DNA from: Alphaproteobacteria bacterium | GTDB taxonomy: Bacteria; Pseudomonadota; Alphaproteobacteria; UBA2966 | Direction: 5' to 3' | DNA: 64,000 nt | Assembly: GCA_964291395.2 (NCBI GenBank) | Contig: OZ219856.1 | Span: forward strand, 1,856,001-1,920,000 | Shown here: in pieces, positions 10,698 to 20,186 of the stretch | Numbering within the stretch: position 1 is the first letter of the stretch | How the letters are laid out: each line of letters begins with the position of its first letter | Translations under genes and position numbers: made by a program | Notes under the pieces: model-generated | What the model saw: the letters and a program-made list of their open reading frames with translations, nothing else | What the model was told of the DNA's origin: nothing | The model's database searches: none

Positions 10698-11344
10698 CTA
10701 CTCGGCATAGGCCGGCGGGCATTCGCCCGCGTCCGCCGCGCGCCGCCAAACGTCGACGGCATCGATCAGCGTGTTGGCGCCGCAGGGCATGATCAGATAG
10801 CTCAGCCCCTCGGCCACCTGCCCTTCCGTCGCGCCGTGCTCGAACGCCCGGCGAAGGTGAAACCGGAGGCCGTCGGGCACGTGGCGCGCGGCAAAGCAGA
10901 CGACGAGCATGATCTCCGCCACCCGCGCCTCGAGGCCGCCGCGGGCGGAGGCGATGACCGCGCCGTAACGCTCCATGGCGCCGGCGCGGGACATCCACTC
11001 CGGCCACCTGGACGCGGCAAACTCCATTCCCGGAACGCCTCGCTCGCCGCCGCCAGGGCGATGGCGTCGCCGATCTCCTCCCGCGTCAACCCCGCCTCGG
11101 CGCCTCTCTGCAGGTGGATGCGGCCGACCTCCTCGCGGGCGGCGGTGACGAGGGCGGTCCACACGAGCTCGCGCTCGCGGAGCGTCAGGTCGCGCCGGTT
11201 CAGCGTCAGACGGGTGTAGAACGCGTTGAAGCTCGTCAACAACCCGGGGGAATACTCGGCCAGCACCCGCTGATAAGGCAGGATGTATCCCCGGTCCTTC
11301 ACGAATGCCGCAACGGCTTCCTCCCTGGTGACGCTGTCGCTCAT
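10698..11344 (-). pseudogene. Carboxymuconolactone decarboxylase (CMD/AhpD) family, two-domain, frameshift ~11029
   Basis: LTLRERELVWTAL...HLQRGAEAGLTREEIGDAI and second domain HLRRAFEHGATEGQVAEGL. Confidence 0.75.
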
Positions 11345-11388
11345 CGATCCGCCTCCCCCGTCGCCTGACATGCCGGGCCGTCCGTCGC

Positions 11389-12141
11389 CTAGAGACCGAA
11401 GAAGATGCCGCCGGAGATCGGCAGCACGGCGCCCGTCACGTAATTCGAGGCGGGCGAGCACAGAAACCGAACCGGTTCGGCCACGTCCTCGGGATCGCCG
11501 ATCCGCCCCAACGGGATGGCGTCGAGCGGCGGCTTGTTGAAATCGGCGTTGAGCTCGGTGGCGATGACGCCCGGCGACACCGTGTTGCAGTAGATGTTGT
11601 GCGGTCCGCCGTTGCGCGCCGTATGACGCGTGAGCGCGACGATCGCGCCCTTCGAGGCCGAATACTCGGGTCCGATGGCCAGGCCGCCCTGGTGCGCGGC
11701 CATGGACGCGATGGTGACGATCTTGCCGTACGCCGCGGCGACCATGTGCGGCCAGGCCGCCGCGATGCAGTAGTAGGTGCCGTCGACGTTCACCTTGTTG
11801 ACCCGCTCCCATTGCTCGGTGCCGACCTCCATGCCCCCCTTCGGCATGATGCCGGCGCAGCAGACCAGGATGTCGAGGCGCCCGAAGTCCTCCACGATCC
11901 TGTCGACCGCGGCCGCCGCGGCGGCGCGGTCCGTGACGTCGACCTCCAATGCCGTGGCGCGGCGGCCCCGCGCCTCGGCGTCCGCGACCGTGGCGGCGCA
12001 ATCACGGAGATCGCCCGCGGCGACGTCGACGCCGGCATCCGCCAGCGTGCGGCAGACCGCCGCGCCGATGCCCCGCGCGCCGCCGGTAACGAACGCCACC
12101 TGTCCGGTCATGTCGGTCGTGCGGGAAAGTGGTGCGGGCAT
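11389..12141 (-). CDS. SDR family oxidoreductase
   Basis: TGGARGIG, YSASKGA, SPGVIAT motifs. Confidence 0.92.
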   Translation of the reverse strand: MPAPLSRTTDMTGQVAFVTGGARGIGAAVCRTLADAGVDVAAGDLRDCAATVADAEARGRRATALEVDVTDRAAAAAAVDRIVEDFGRLDILVCCAGIMPKGGMEVGTEQWERVNKVNVDGTYYCIAAAWPHMVAAAYGKIVTIASMAAHQGGLAIGPEYSASKGAIVALTRHTARNGGPHNIYCNTVSPGVIATELNADFNKPPLDAIPLGRIGDPEDVAEPVRFLCSPASNYVTGAVLPISGGIFFGL

Positions 12142-12401
12142 GATGACGGCTCCTGACTGTCAAGGTCTTCGATCGCTCGGAGTCTCCCGAGCACGCGAGA
12201 CGGGATGCGGTCGGGATGACGCCGCGCCGGCGGCCCGTTCCGAAGCTTTCCGCATCAACGCGAATCAAACCGCCTCGAGGCGCAATGGCGGGCGCGGCGA
12301 CCCGACGCAACGCGACGCGGAAAGCGCGCCCAAGGGACTCGACGGGGATGCGGCGCGCCGGCGGCGCCGCGTCGATTCATGGCCACCCCGCATCGCCTGC
12401 A

Positions 12402-12953
12402 TCACGTGCCGCCGGTCGTGTCGCCGGACCCGTCCGCCTCTTCCGTTCCGGCGGCCTCGGCGGCGGTAGCGGCGAGGTCCTTCAGAACAGCGGCGAGCTT
12501 CACGAGGTCTTTGGTCTCGACGTCCCGGAGGTGGTGGTTGAAGAGGTGCGCGATGTGGAACGTGTACTCCGGGTCGTCACACGCGGACGGGTCGAACATT
12601 TCCGCGAACGGCCCGTACGCCCGGATCAGGTACATGGCCAACGCCTCCGCGCGCTCCGGCACCCCGGAGTCCGCGGCCGGCGGCGCGCCGTCGATCCTAT
12701 CGATACGGTGGAACACCAATTCGATGGCAAGCCGCAGAGCCCACGGACTGATCGTCTCGCCCTTGCGGCGCAGACACACCTCCAGGCCCACGACATCGGC
12801 CACCCGCGCCGCCCGCTCCAGCGACGGGACCTTGCCCGCCCGCATGGCCGCCACCGCGTTGCCGCTCAACCCGGCAGCCTGGCTGATGTCCTTGTCGGAC
12901 CGGGGGCCGCGGGCGTTATCGATGCAGTCCAGGAACGCGGCGACATCCATCAT
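12402..12953 (-). CDS. Cro/CI-like HTH regulator
   Basis: SDKDISQAAGLSGNAVAAMRAGKVPSLERAARVADVVGLE; divergent from a phage-like gene across an AT-rich spacer. Confidence 0.65.
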   Translation of the reverse strand: MMDVAAFLDCIDNARGPRSDKDISQAAGLSGNAVAAMRAGKVPSLERAARVADVVGLEVCLRRKGETISPWALRLAIELVFHRIDRIDGAPPAADSGVPERAEALAMYLIRAYGPFAEMFDPSACDDPEYTFHIAHLFNHHLRDVETKDLVKLAAVLKDLAATAAEAAGTEEADGSGDTTGGT

Positions 12954-13028
12954 GGGGAGACGGTACCACGGGCATCACTTTGGTGCAAGTTCACTAAAAT
13001 AGTTATATCAAGACTCTTATAATGTGCT

Positions 13029-13679
13029 ATGATCACCGTCATGCCGCCCCGCAGCACCGTCTACACCCTCCCCGAACCGGTGCGCGAGGCGCTCGACCGG
13101 CGCATCATCGCCGCCGGCTTCGGGCGCTACGCCGATCATGGCGCCTGGCTGGCCGGCCAGGGCCACGCGATCAGCCTGGCCGCGCTCCAGCGCTACGGGA
13201 GGCGGCTTCGGGACGGCGTCGAGCGCGACCGCGCGGGAGCGCGCGAGGCCGCGGCGGCCATGACGGCGCGCATCCGCCGGAGCAACGAGATGGCGCGGGC
13301 AATCGACGAGGCCACGGACGACGACCCCCTGGCCTTGCCGGAGCGGGCGGTGGGCATGTGCCTGCTCCGCATCTGCGAGGCCGCGACCGAGGAAGACGTC
13401 GACCCCAGGACCCTCCAGGCCGCCGGGCGCCTGCTGAACGACTGCCTGCGCGGCATGGAGTTCATCCGGTCCGAGCGGGAAGAGGCGCGGAAACGGGCCC
13501 TGCGAGCATCGCGGGGAGGGGCAGGTGCGGACAGGAAGGGACTCAGCCCGGAACTCGCGGCCGCGATCCGCCTGATGGTCGAAGGCCCCCCGCAAGAAGG
13601 CGGCCCCCCGCAAGATTTCAACGGCGGCCGGATCCGGAATGAACGGCTCGGGGCGGACTATCCCGACGACTCCGCGTGA
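13029..13679 (+). CDS. DUF3486 / Mu gp27-like protein
   Basis: MPPRSTVYTLPEPVREALDRRI...GF..Y...WL..QGHAISLAALQRYG and C-terminal GLSPELAAAIR, typical of Mu-like gp27. Confidence 0.75.
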   Translation: MITVMPPRSTVYTLPEPVREALDRRIIAAGFGRYADHGAWLAGQGHAISLAALQRYGRRLRDGVERDRAGAREAAAAMTARIRRSNEMARAIDEATDDDPLALPERAVGMCLLRICEAATEEDVDPRTLQAAGRLLNDCLRGMEFIRSEREEARKRALRASRGGAGADRKGLSPELAAAIRLMVEGPPQEGGPPQDFNGGRIRNERLGADYPDDSA

Positions 13680-13849
13680 GGGTCCCCGCGACCGGTCTCC
13701 CCCTGCCCCGTCGGCGCGAACGTCGGGGGTGGGGGTGTCCGAAATCACGGGTCTCGCGCGGTCACCGTCCGACGCCGCACGACACCCATCGCGCTGGCGG
13801 CGGGCGTCCAGCTTGGCCGAAAAACCTGCAGTGCACTAACATTCGAACC

Positions 13850-14071
13850 GGACCAGTTCGGACCGTTTTCTTCCGCTCCACACCGCTGGGTAGATTTCAT
13901 GCGGGGGCCCACCACCCCATCCCTCATGTGCCAATTGAGGGAGCCATGCAGCTTGTACAGGTTGATGCCCGCGCTGGGATTCTGGAACAGAGATGGCGAC
14001 CAATCTCCGGTGTCTCGCCAGAGTGTCGGTATTGTGATGCCAAAGCCGACGGCAGGGGGTATTGCACCGAT
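13850..14071 (-). pseudogene. SIR2-like (SIR2_2) domain fragment
   Basis: Minus strand reads ...VGFG...GDWSPSLFQNPSAGINLYKLHGSLNWH; no start codon, in-frame TAG upstream. Confidence 0.55.
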
Positions 14072-14174
14072 CTATGTGCCTTGACGAATGGTCCGCCTTC
14101 TCTCGAGGGCTGCAATTTCTTGACAATTTGCAAGTATAACTTTCAATATCACAAATTGCAAGTTACTATGCGCT

Positions 14175-15356
14175 ATGATCGACCGTGAGATCGCACCCTG
14201 CCTGGTCGCATTGTTCGAGCAATACCCGTTCGTCACCGTGACCGGGCCACGACAGTCGGGCAAGACCACGCTCTGCCGCGCCGCCTTCCCGCATCTCGAC
14301 TATGTCAATCTGGAAGCGCCCGATCAGCGGGAATTCGCGGAGTCCGATCCGAGGGGGTTTCTTGCGCGTTTCCGCGAAGGAGCCATCCTGGATGAAATCC
14401 AGCGCGTCCCCGATCTCTTGTCCTACCTGCAGGTTCTGGCGGACGAGGCGGGGCGGAACGGCCTCTTCGTTCTGACCGGGAGCGAGCAGTTCCGGCTCTC
14501 CGACGCCATAAGCCAGTCGCTAGCCGGACGCACCGCGTTGCTTCGTCTGCTGCCATTCTCGCTTGTCGAACGCCGGCGAACCGGTGCGAGCGACAGCATC
14601 GACGACATCCTCTATTCCGGCTTCTATCCCCGGATTCACGACCGGAAACTCGAGCCCCGGCAGGCGCTTGGCGACTATTTCGAGACCTATGTCGAGCGCG
14701 ACGTGCGCAGGATCGGCGAGATCCGGAACCTCGCAAACTTCCGCAGGTTTGTCCGCCTGTGCGCCGGTCGTGTGGGGCAACTGGCCAACCTGTCGTCCCT
14801 TGGCGCGGATGCCGGGGTGTCCCACACCACGGCAAGCCATTGGCTCACGGTTCTGGAGGCAAGCTATGTCGTGTTCCGGCTCCCGCCGTTTCACGCCAAT
14901 ATCCGCAAGCGGCTGGTCAAGTCGCCGAAGCTCTACTTCTACGACGTCGGGCTGGCGAGCCACCTAATCGGCATCGAACATGCCGGACAGATCGGCACCC
15001 ACCCGCTTCGCGGGCCGCTGTTCGAGAATGCCGTCGTGGTAGAGGCGCTCAAACACCGCTTCAATCGGGGCCGCCGACCCAACCTGTCCTTTTTCCGGGA
15101 CAGCCGTGGTCTCGAGTGCGATCTGCTGTACGAGAACGGCCACGGCATGGCGGCCATGGAGATCAAGTCAGGTGCGACGGTCGCTTCCGACTGGTTCGAT
15201 TCGCTCAACCGGGTGGCGAAAGAGCTGCCGGAGATCGCCACCAAGGCTGTTGTCTATGGAGGTGCGGAACGACAATCTCGGCGGGACGGAGAGGTGGTTC
15301 CTCTGACTGACCTGTGCGAAATGCTTGAGCGACTCGAAGATCGGAAGGAATCCTGA
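14175..15356 (+). CDS. AAA_14 ATPase with DUF4143 C-terminal domain
   Basis: TGPRQSGKTT, ILDEIQR, LTGS, KSPKLYFYDVGL, ECDLL...EIKS. Confidence 0.9.
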   Translation: MIDREIAPCLVALFEQYPFVTVTGPRQSGKTTLCRAAFPHLDYVNLEAPDQREFAESDPRGFLARFREGAILDEIQRVPDLLSYLQVLADEAGRNGLFVLTGSEQFRLSDAISQSLAGRTALLRLLPFSLVERRRTGASDSIDDILYSGFYPRIHDRKLEPRQALGDYFETYVERDVRRIGEIRNLANFRRFVRLCAGRVGQLANLSSLGADAGVSHTTASHWLTVLEASYVVFRLPPFHANIRKRLVKSPKLYFYDVGLASHLIGIEHAGQIGTHPLRGPLFENAVVVEALKHRFNRGRRPNLSFFRDSRGLECDLLYENGHGMAAMEIKSGATVASDWFDSLNRVAKELPEIATKAVVYGGAERQSRRDGEVVPLTDLCEMLERLEDRKES

Positions 15357-15498
15357 TGGGCGCAATTTGTAAAGCATCGCTCCACAGGAGGCGGGTTTGC
15401 TCCGGGGTCTGTGCCGATTCATGGTCAGACGCGCCGGAAGATTGGCCGACGATCATGCGAACGCAGTCTACGTGGACCGCTTGCGCCGAGAGCTTGTG

Positions 15499-15730
15499 AT
15501 GGACGTATTCGATCTCGATGAAGCCGTCATCGATCGCTACAAAGCGTTCGCGCGCTCGTTCACCGATATCCGCTCACCGGAGTTGAGCGCCAAGGTCGAC
15601 GAACTGTATGCCACCAGGCATTTCTGGCCGGAGCCGCTGATCCAGCTGAATCTGCACTACGCCGACGGCGGCTCGATACAGGATTTCATCGACGCAGGCG
15701 ATCTGGAACCGGAATGCGTCGAGGTGTTTC
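15499..15730 (+). pseudogene. N-terminal fragment of a large DEAD/DEAH (DUF1998-type) helicase
   Basis: MDVFDLDEAVIDRYKAFARSFTDIR...FWPEPLIQLN...GG.I; similarity ends before Walker A. Confidence 0.6.
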
Positions 15731-15978
15731 GGGGCGTGCCGGATTCTGCGGCGGGACGGCATGCTGACGGTCAACGACTACCACCCGTTTCGCAGGATCT
15801 GGCGGCAATCCCCTCCATCGATGTTCAACATCGATCAACACCCATCAGTTTCGCCACGAACAATACCTCCCAATTCCTGCAAATTGTGTGGGTAGGAATG
15901 TTGGGACAAAGTGAGTTGTAAGAAAAATTTTATATGTGATTCAAAGGTGTAGTGATCAGTATCGGCATCGCATCGCTG

Positions 15979-16294
15979 CGGCTTCGGGCGCTACGCCGAT
16001 CATGGCGCCTGGCTGGCCGGCCAGGGCCACGCGATCAGCCCGGCCGCGCTCCAGCGCTACGGGAGGCGGCTTCGGGACGGCGTCGAGCGCGACCGCGCGG
16101 GAGCGCGCGAGGCCGCGGCGGCCATGACGGCGCGCATCCGCCGGAGCAACGAGATGGCGCGGGCAATCGACGAGGCCACGGACGACGACCCCCTGGCCTT
16201 GCCGGCCCGAACGTCGGGGGGTGTCGGAAGCCCCGGACCTCGCGCGGTCACCGTTCGACGCCGCACGACACCCATCGCGCCGGCGGCGGGCGTC
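15979..16294 (+). repeat. Internally deleted second copy of the DUF3486 locus
   Basis: 15979-16205 matches 13115-13341 (227 bp, 1 mismatch seen); 16208-16294 resembles 13717-13808. Confidence 0.92.
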
Positions 16295-16429
16295 ACAGAG
16301 GACAAGTCCCCGGCCTCCGACAGGGCGTTCGTGAGAATTTGCGGGAGACAGGCGGGGCCACGTTCGCCGAAATGGCCGCAGGCGGTCGCCCACGCGAGGA
16401 GACCGCCCAAAAAGGCTTCGCGAGGGGGC

Positions 16430-17469
16430 AACATCGGCACCACATGCTCCCAAGCGCGCCGCCAGGCCGGCGCGACCGCCAGGTAGCGCTCACCCCAGCC
16501 GGCCTCGAACTCATCGAGCCTGGCCGCCGCCTCGGCCGTCTCGGCGCGGTAGATCGCCCGCAGGTCGGGCATGACCTTCTTGCGGTCCTTCCAGGAGACG
16601 AAGGCCAGAGAGTTGCGGATCAGATGCACGATGCAGGTCTGAACCGCGGTCTGCGGGAACACCGCGGCGATCGCGTCGGGGAAGCCGGTCAGCCCGTCGA
16701 CCACCGCGATCAGAATGTCGCCGACGCCGCGGGTCTGCAGCTCGTTCATCACCTTGAGCCAGAACTTGGCGCCCTCGGTCTGCTCGATCCACAGCCCCAG
16801 CACCTCCTTCTCGCCCTGACAGGTGATCCCCAGCGCCAGATACACCGCCTTGTTGCGGACCAACCCCACGTCGCGGATCTTGACCCGGAGCGCATCGAAG
16901 AACACCACCGGATAGACCGCATCCAGAGGCCGGTTCTGCCACTCGCGGACCTCCTCGAGCACCGCGTCGGTCACCCGGCTGATCAGGTCCGGCGATACGT
17001 CAACCCTGTAGAGATCCTACAGGTGTCCCTGGATCTCGCGCACCGTCATGCCGCGCGCATAGAGCGATAGGATGCGGTCGTCGAAGCCGTCGAGACGGCG
17101 CTCGCCCTTCGGCACGATCGCCGGCTCGAAGCTGCCGTTGCGGTCGCGCGGAACCGCCAGCTCGACCGCGCCGTCCTCGGTCAGAACCTTCTGGCCCGAA
17201 TGGCCGTTGCGGCTGTTGCCCGTGCCGCGGCCCGCCGGGTCGCCCTTCTCGTAGCCCAGGTGATCGGTCAGCTCGGCGCCAAGCGCACGCTCCAGAAGCG
17301 CCTTCTTCAGCTGCTTGAAAAGCCCCTCATCGCCCAACAGGTCCTCCGGCGTCTCATAATCGGCCAGTAGCTCGTCCAAAAGTTCGGGTCTCAGTGTCGT
17401 CATCGCAGGTCCTCCCCTACAAGATATAGGACCCACAGCAGTCACCTACACAAGATATCGGACAGTCTC
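16430..17469 (-). mobile_element. IS256-family element, defective (in-frame TAG at 17017-17019, 3' truncated)
   Basis: LERALGAELTDHLGYEK, VPRDRNGSFEP, VFFDALRVKIR, DGLTGF, QTCIVHLIRNS; terminal IR GAGACTGTCCGATATCTTGTGT at 17469-17448; CDS starts 17403. Confidence 0.92.
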
Positions 17470-18007
17470 TGGCCAGCCCATGTTCCCTCCTATGCCTCAG
17501 ATGCTTGCGCCACCGTTCGACGCGAGATATTTCTGTTTCCTTGAGCCAAACACAGGTGACGCCCGCCCATGGGTCACAACGGGAAACAGACGATCAAGGT
17601 ACGCCTCGCAAAGGCAATCCCTGACATCTGCTTACCCCCTCTCCCTGCTCCAGGATTATCGCACCAGCTTTCCGCCCCTCAACTGGACCCACGCTCTCAC
17701 GACCGCCACGATCGTTCATGGGCACAGCCGGAGGCTTCCATTGTTTTGACTATCACACCTCAACGACAACGTGTCGGAGCATCTCGCGTGTCAAGCCGAC
17801 AGCTACCTTCACAGGGTTCGAACGAAGAGCCTTGTGATCCGCGAGTCCGTGTCGGAGGTTGGAGTGAGCGTCACCAGCATCGAGAAGGGGTAACACGCGA
17901 TACCTTGGCTTGGTCAACAAATTCTCTTCCTCTCAGCCAGAGCCCCATTTCACCTCCTTTGCCAGGACCGTACTGGAGCCAAGTAAGTACACCCGACAGC
18001 ATCCGGC

Positions 18008-19975
18008 GTGGAGGACCAAAGCATTAGTACACCACTTCCATGCTCTGATGGATTGCGGCAACTAACGATTCCCGCCACGCTCGACACTTCTACCCACGAT
18101 GTCGCCGAGGTCTTATACAATCCAGCGTTGAGTGTCTCAGTCGCTTATGATCGTGGCGTTGGTTTCTTCTCTTCTGCCTGGCTACGTCATGTGGGAAAGG
18201 GACTCACTCCATTTGCGGACCGCGGAGGACGCATGCGTTTGATTACGAGTCCGAAGCTGCGCGCACAAGATTGGGCCGCTATCAAAATGGGTGAGGATGC
18301 ACGAAATAATCCCCTTATACTGTCATCTCTTCTAGCTGAAATCGATGACTTGCGGAGCTTTTCCAGAGAGCGACCGGTTCAACTTCTTGCCTGGATGGTC
18401 GCTGATGGGCTATTAGACATTCGTATCGCCGTGCCAACATCAAAGCTTGATGGCGACTTTCACCCCAAATTGGGCATCTTTACTGATCCCGCAGGAAATT
18501 CCATAGTCTTTCATGGTTCGCAGAACGAAACGGACCAGGGTTTTCGCAATTATGAAACGCTTGATATCTATACCAGTTGGACCGACGATAGAGACGCTCA
18601 ACGGTGTGCATATCACCAAACCCTATTCGAGCGCATTTGGGATCAACGTGATGCTAACGTCCTTTGTTTCACCCTACCCTCGGCAATTCGCCGGAGGCTT
18701 GTTAGTTTCGTCGAACAGGGAAAGCGTCCTTTCTCTTCTCCGTTTGACGCACGAACGACAAGTGATAACAGATGGCAACACCAAGCAAGAGCGATTGAAG
18801 TCTTTCTTGATAAGCGTTGTGGCGTTTTGGAAATGGCTACAGGAACGGGTAAGACCCGAGTAGCTCTGGATATTCATGACCAGTTGACGGCTCGAAACAT
18901 GGTCTCAACCACGGTCGTCAACATGTACGGCACAGATCTTCTCAATCAATGGTATCGGGCTCTTATTACAAGAGTAGATCTACCGGTGTACCGGCAATAC
19001 GGAGCACACAAAGAAGCTTCAGCTTTTTTTTCCTGTCGAACACCCCGCATCCTGCTAGCGGCACGTCAGCAGCTAGCCGCAATATTACCGCACATGGACA
19101 ACGATACGGTTAAAGGCGGCCTGCTTATTTGCGACGAAGTGCATGGTCTCGGTTCGCCCGCTCTAATCCGAGATCTGAGTGGTCAGTTTCGACGTTTCCG
19201 ATTTCGTCTGGGTCTCAGTGCTACGCCGGAACGCGAGTACGATGAGATAGGAAACTCTTTTATTGAAGAGGAAATCGGCCCGGTCATTTTTGAGTTCTCG
19301 CTTGAAGATGCGATTCGAAACGGTGTTCTTTGCGAGTTTGATTATGAGCCATTGGCCTATGCGTTGTCTGACGAGGATCGGCACGCAATACGCAACGCCA
19401 TCAAGCGCCACTATGCCCGGCGTGCTCAAGGAGAGCTGAGTTCCGAAGAAGCGCTTTATCGCGAGATTGCATTTGTCCGAAAGACGACTGAACAAAAGCT
19501 ACTTCCCTTTAAGCTGTTTTTGAGTCAGAAAGGATCGGGACTATCACGTTCTCTAATCTTCGTAGAAACCGCGGAGTTTGGACTCAAGATACAACCACTA
19601 TTGATGCATTACCGTATCCCATTTCATACCTATTATCAGTCGGAAGATAGGATAAATCTTCAGCGCTTTGCAGATGGTGAACTAGATTGCCTCATCAGTT
19701 GCCATCGACTTTCTGAAGGCATTGACATTAGATCTGTGAGTAGTATCGTTTTGTTTGCCTCGTCTCGAGCACGTCTAGAAACTATACAGCGTCTCGGACG
19801 ATGTTTGCGAACCGATCCTGACAACCCGAATAAGAGAGCCCTCGTCGTTGACTTCGTGGATTTTGAATCAGAGACGGATGAACCCGACTCTTCACATCTT
19901 TCCGCTGATTTGGTTAGATACGAGTGGTTTCGGAAGTTATCAACGGTTCGTGGTTTGAATAACGCGGTACAGTGA
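18008..19975 (+). CDS. pbeA: PLD-nuclease + SF2 helicase, PbeA-like phosphorothioation-associated restriction protein
   Basis: GVGFFSS; PLD FHPKLGIFTD...GSQNET; Walker A MATGTGKT; DEVH; SATPER; LSEGIDI; QRLGRCLR; context next to dnd. Confidence 0.75.
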   Translation: MEDQSISTPLPCSDGLRQLTIPATLDTSTHDVAEVLYNPALSVSVAYDRGVGFFSSAWLRHVGKGLTPFADRGGRMRLITSPKLRAQDWAAIKMGEDARNNPLILSSLLAEIDDLRSFSRERPVQLLAWMVADGLLDIRIAVPTSKLDGDFHPKLGIFTDPAGNSIVFHGSQNETDQGFRNYETLDIYTSWTDDRDAQRCAYHQTLFERIWDQRDANVLCFTLPSAIRRRLVSFVEQGKRPFSSPFDARTTSDNRWQHQARAIEVFLDKRCGVLEMATGTGKTRVALDIHDQLTARNMVSTTVVNMYGTDLLNQWYRALITRVDLPVYRQYGAHKEASAFFSCRTPRILLAARQQLAAILPHMDNDTVKGGLLICDEVHGLGSPALIRDLSGQFRRFRFRLGLSATPEREYDEIGNSFIEEEIGPVIFEFSLEDAIRNGVLCEFDYEPLAYALSDEDRHAIRNAIKRHYARRAQGELSSEEALYREIAFVRKTTEQKLLPFKLFLSQKGSGLSRSLIFVETAEFGLKIQPLLMHYRIPFHTYYQSEDRINLQRFADGELDCLISCHRLSEGIDIRSVSSIVLFASSRARLETIQRLGRCLRTDPDNPNKRALVVDFVDFESETDEPDSSHLSADLVRYEWFRKLSTVRGLNNAVQ

Positions 19976-19979
19976 GTAC

Positions 19980-20186
19980 TTGTCTATGAATGAAAATATG
20001 TCACTTGATCAATCTATCTATGAAGCGATAGAGAACACGATATCGCCTTTCGAGAGTGAAGCGCCGAGGTTTGCGAGGAAGTTTAGAAGGCGGCTAGAAC
20101 TTAAGCTCACTGGTCGCCTGCTTCAGTCAGATCTCTTGGACCTTATTGAAGAGGTGCCGGTTGAGTTGCAGGAGCCAGGAAGTTGA
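19980..20186 (+). CDS. pbeB: Small protein between helicase and CxC ATPase, PbeB-like
   Basis: 68 aa; 4 nt after the pbeA stop, stop overlaps the ATPase start; assignment by position and size. Confidence 0.6.
   Translation: MSMNENMSLDQSIYEAIENTISPFESEAPRFARKFRRRLELKLTGRLLQSDLLDLIEEVPVELQEPGS

Noticed and set aside
16320-16345. GGGCGTTCGTGAGAATTTG as a possible IS5-type end
   Set aside because: Resemblance too weak; no partner end or transposase fragment identified
12300-17470. Intact prophage
   Set aside because: Only an HTH gene and a gp27-like gene; no integrase/MuA, terminase, portal, capsid or tail genes
17480-18027. Short ORFs upstream of the PLD-helicase
   Set aside because: No recognisable motif or RBS; probably leader or decayed DNA
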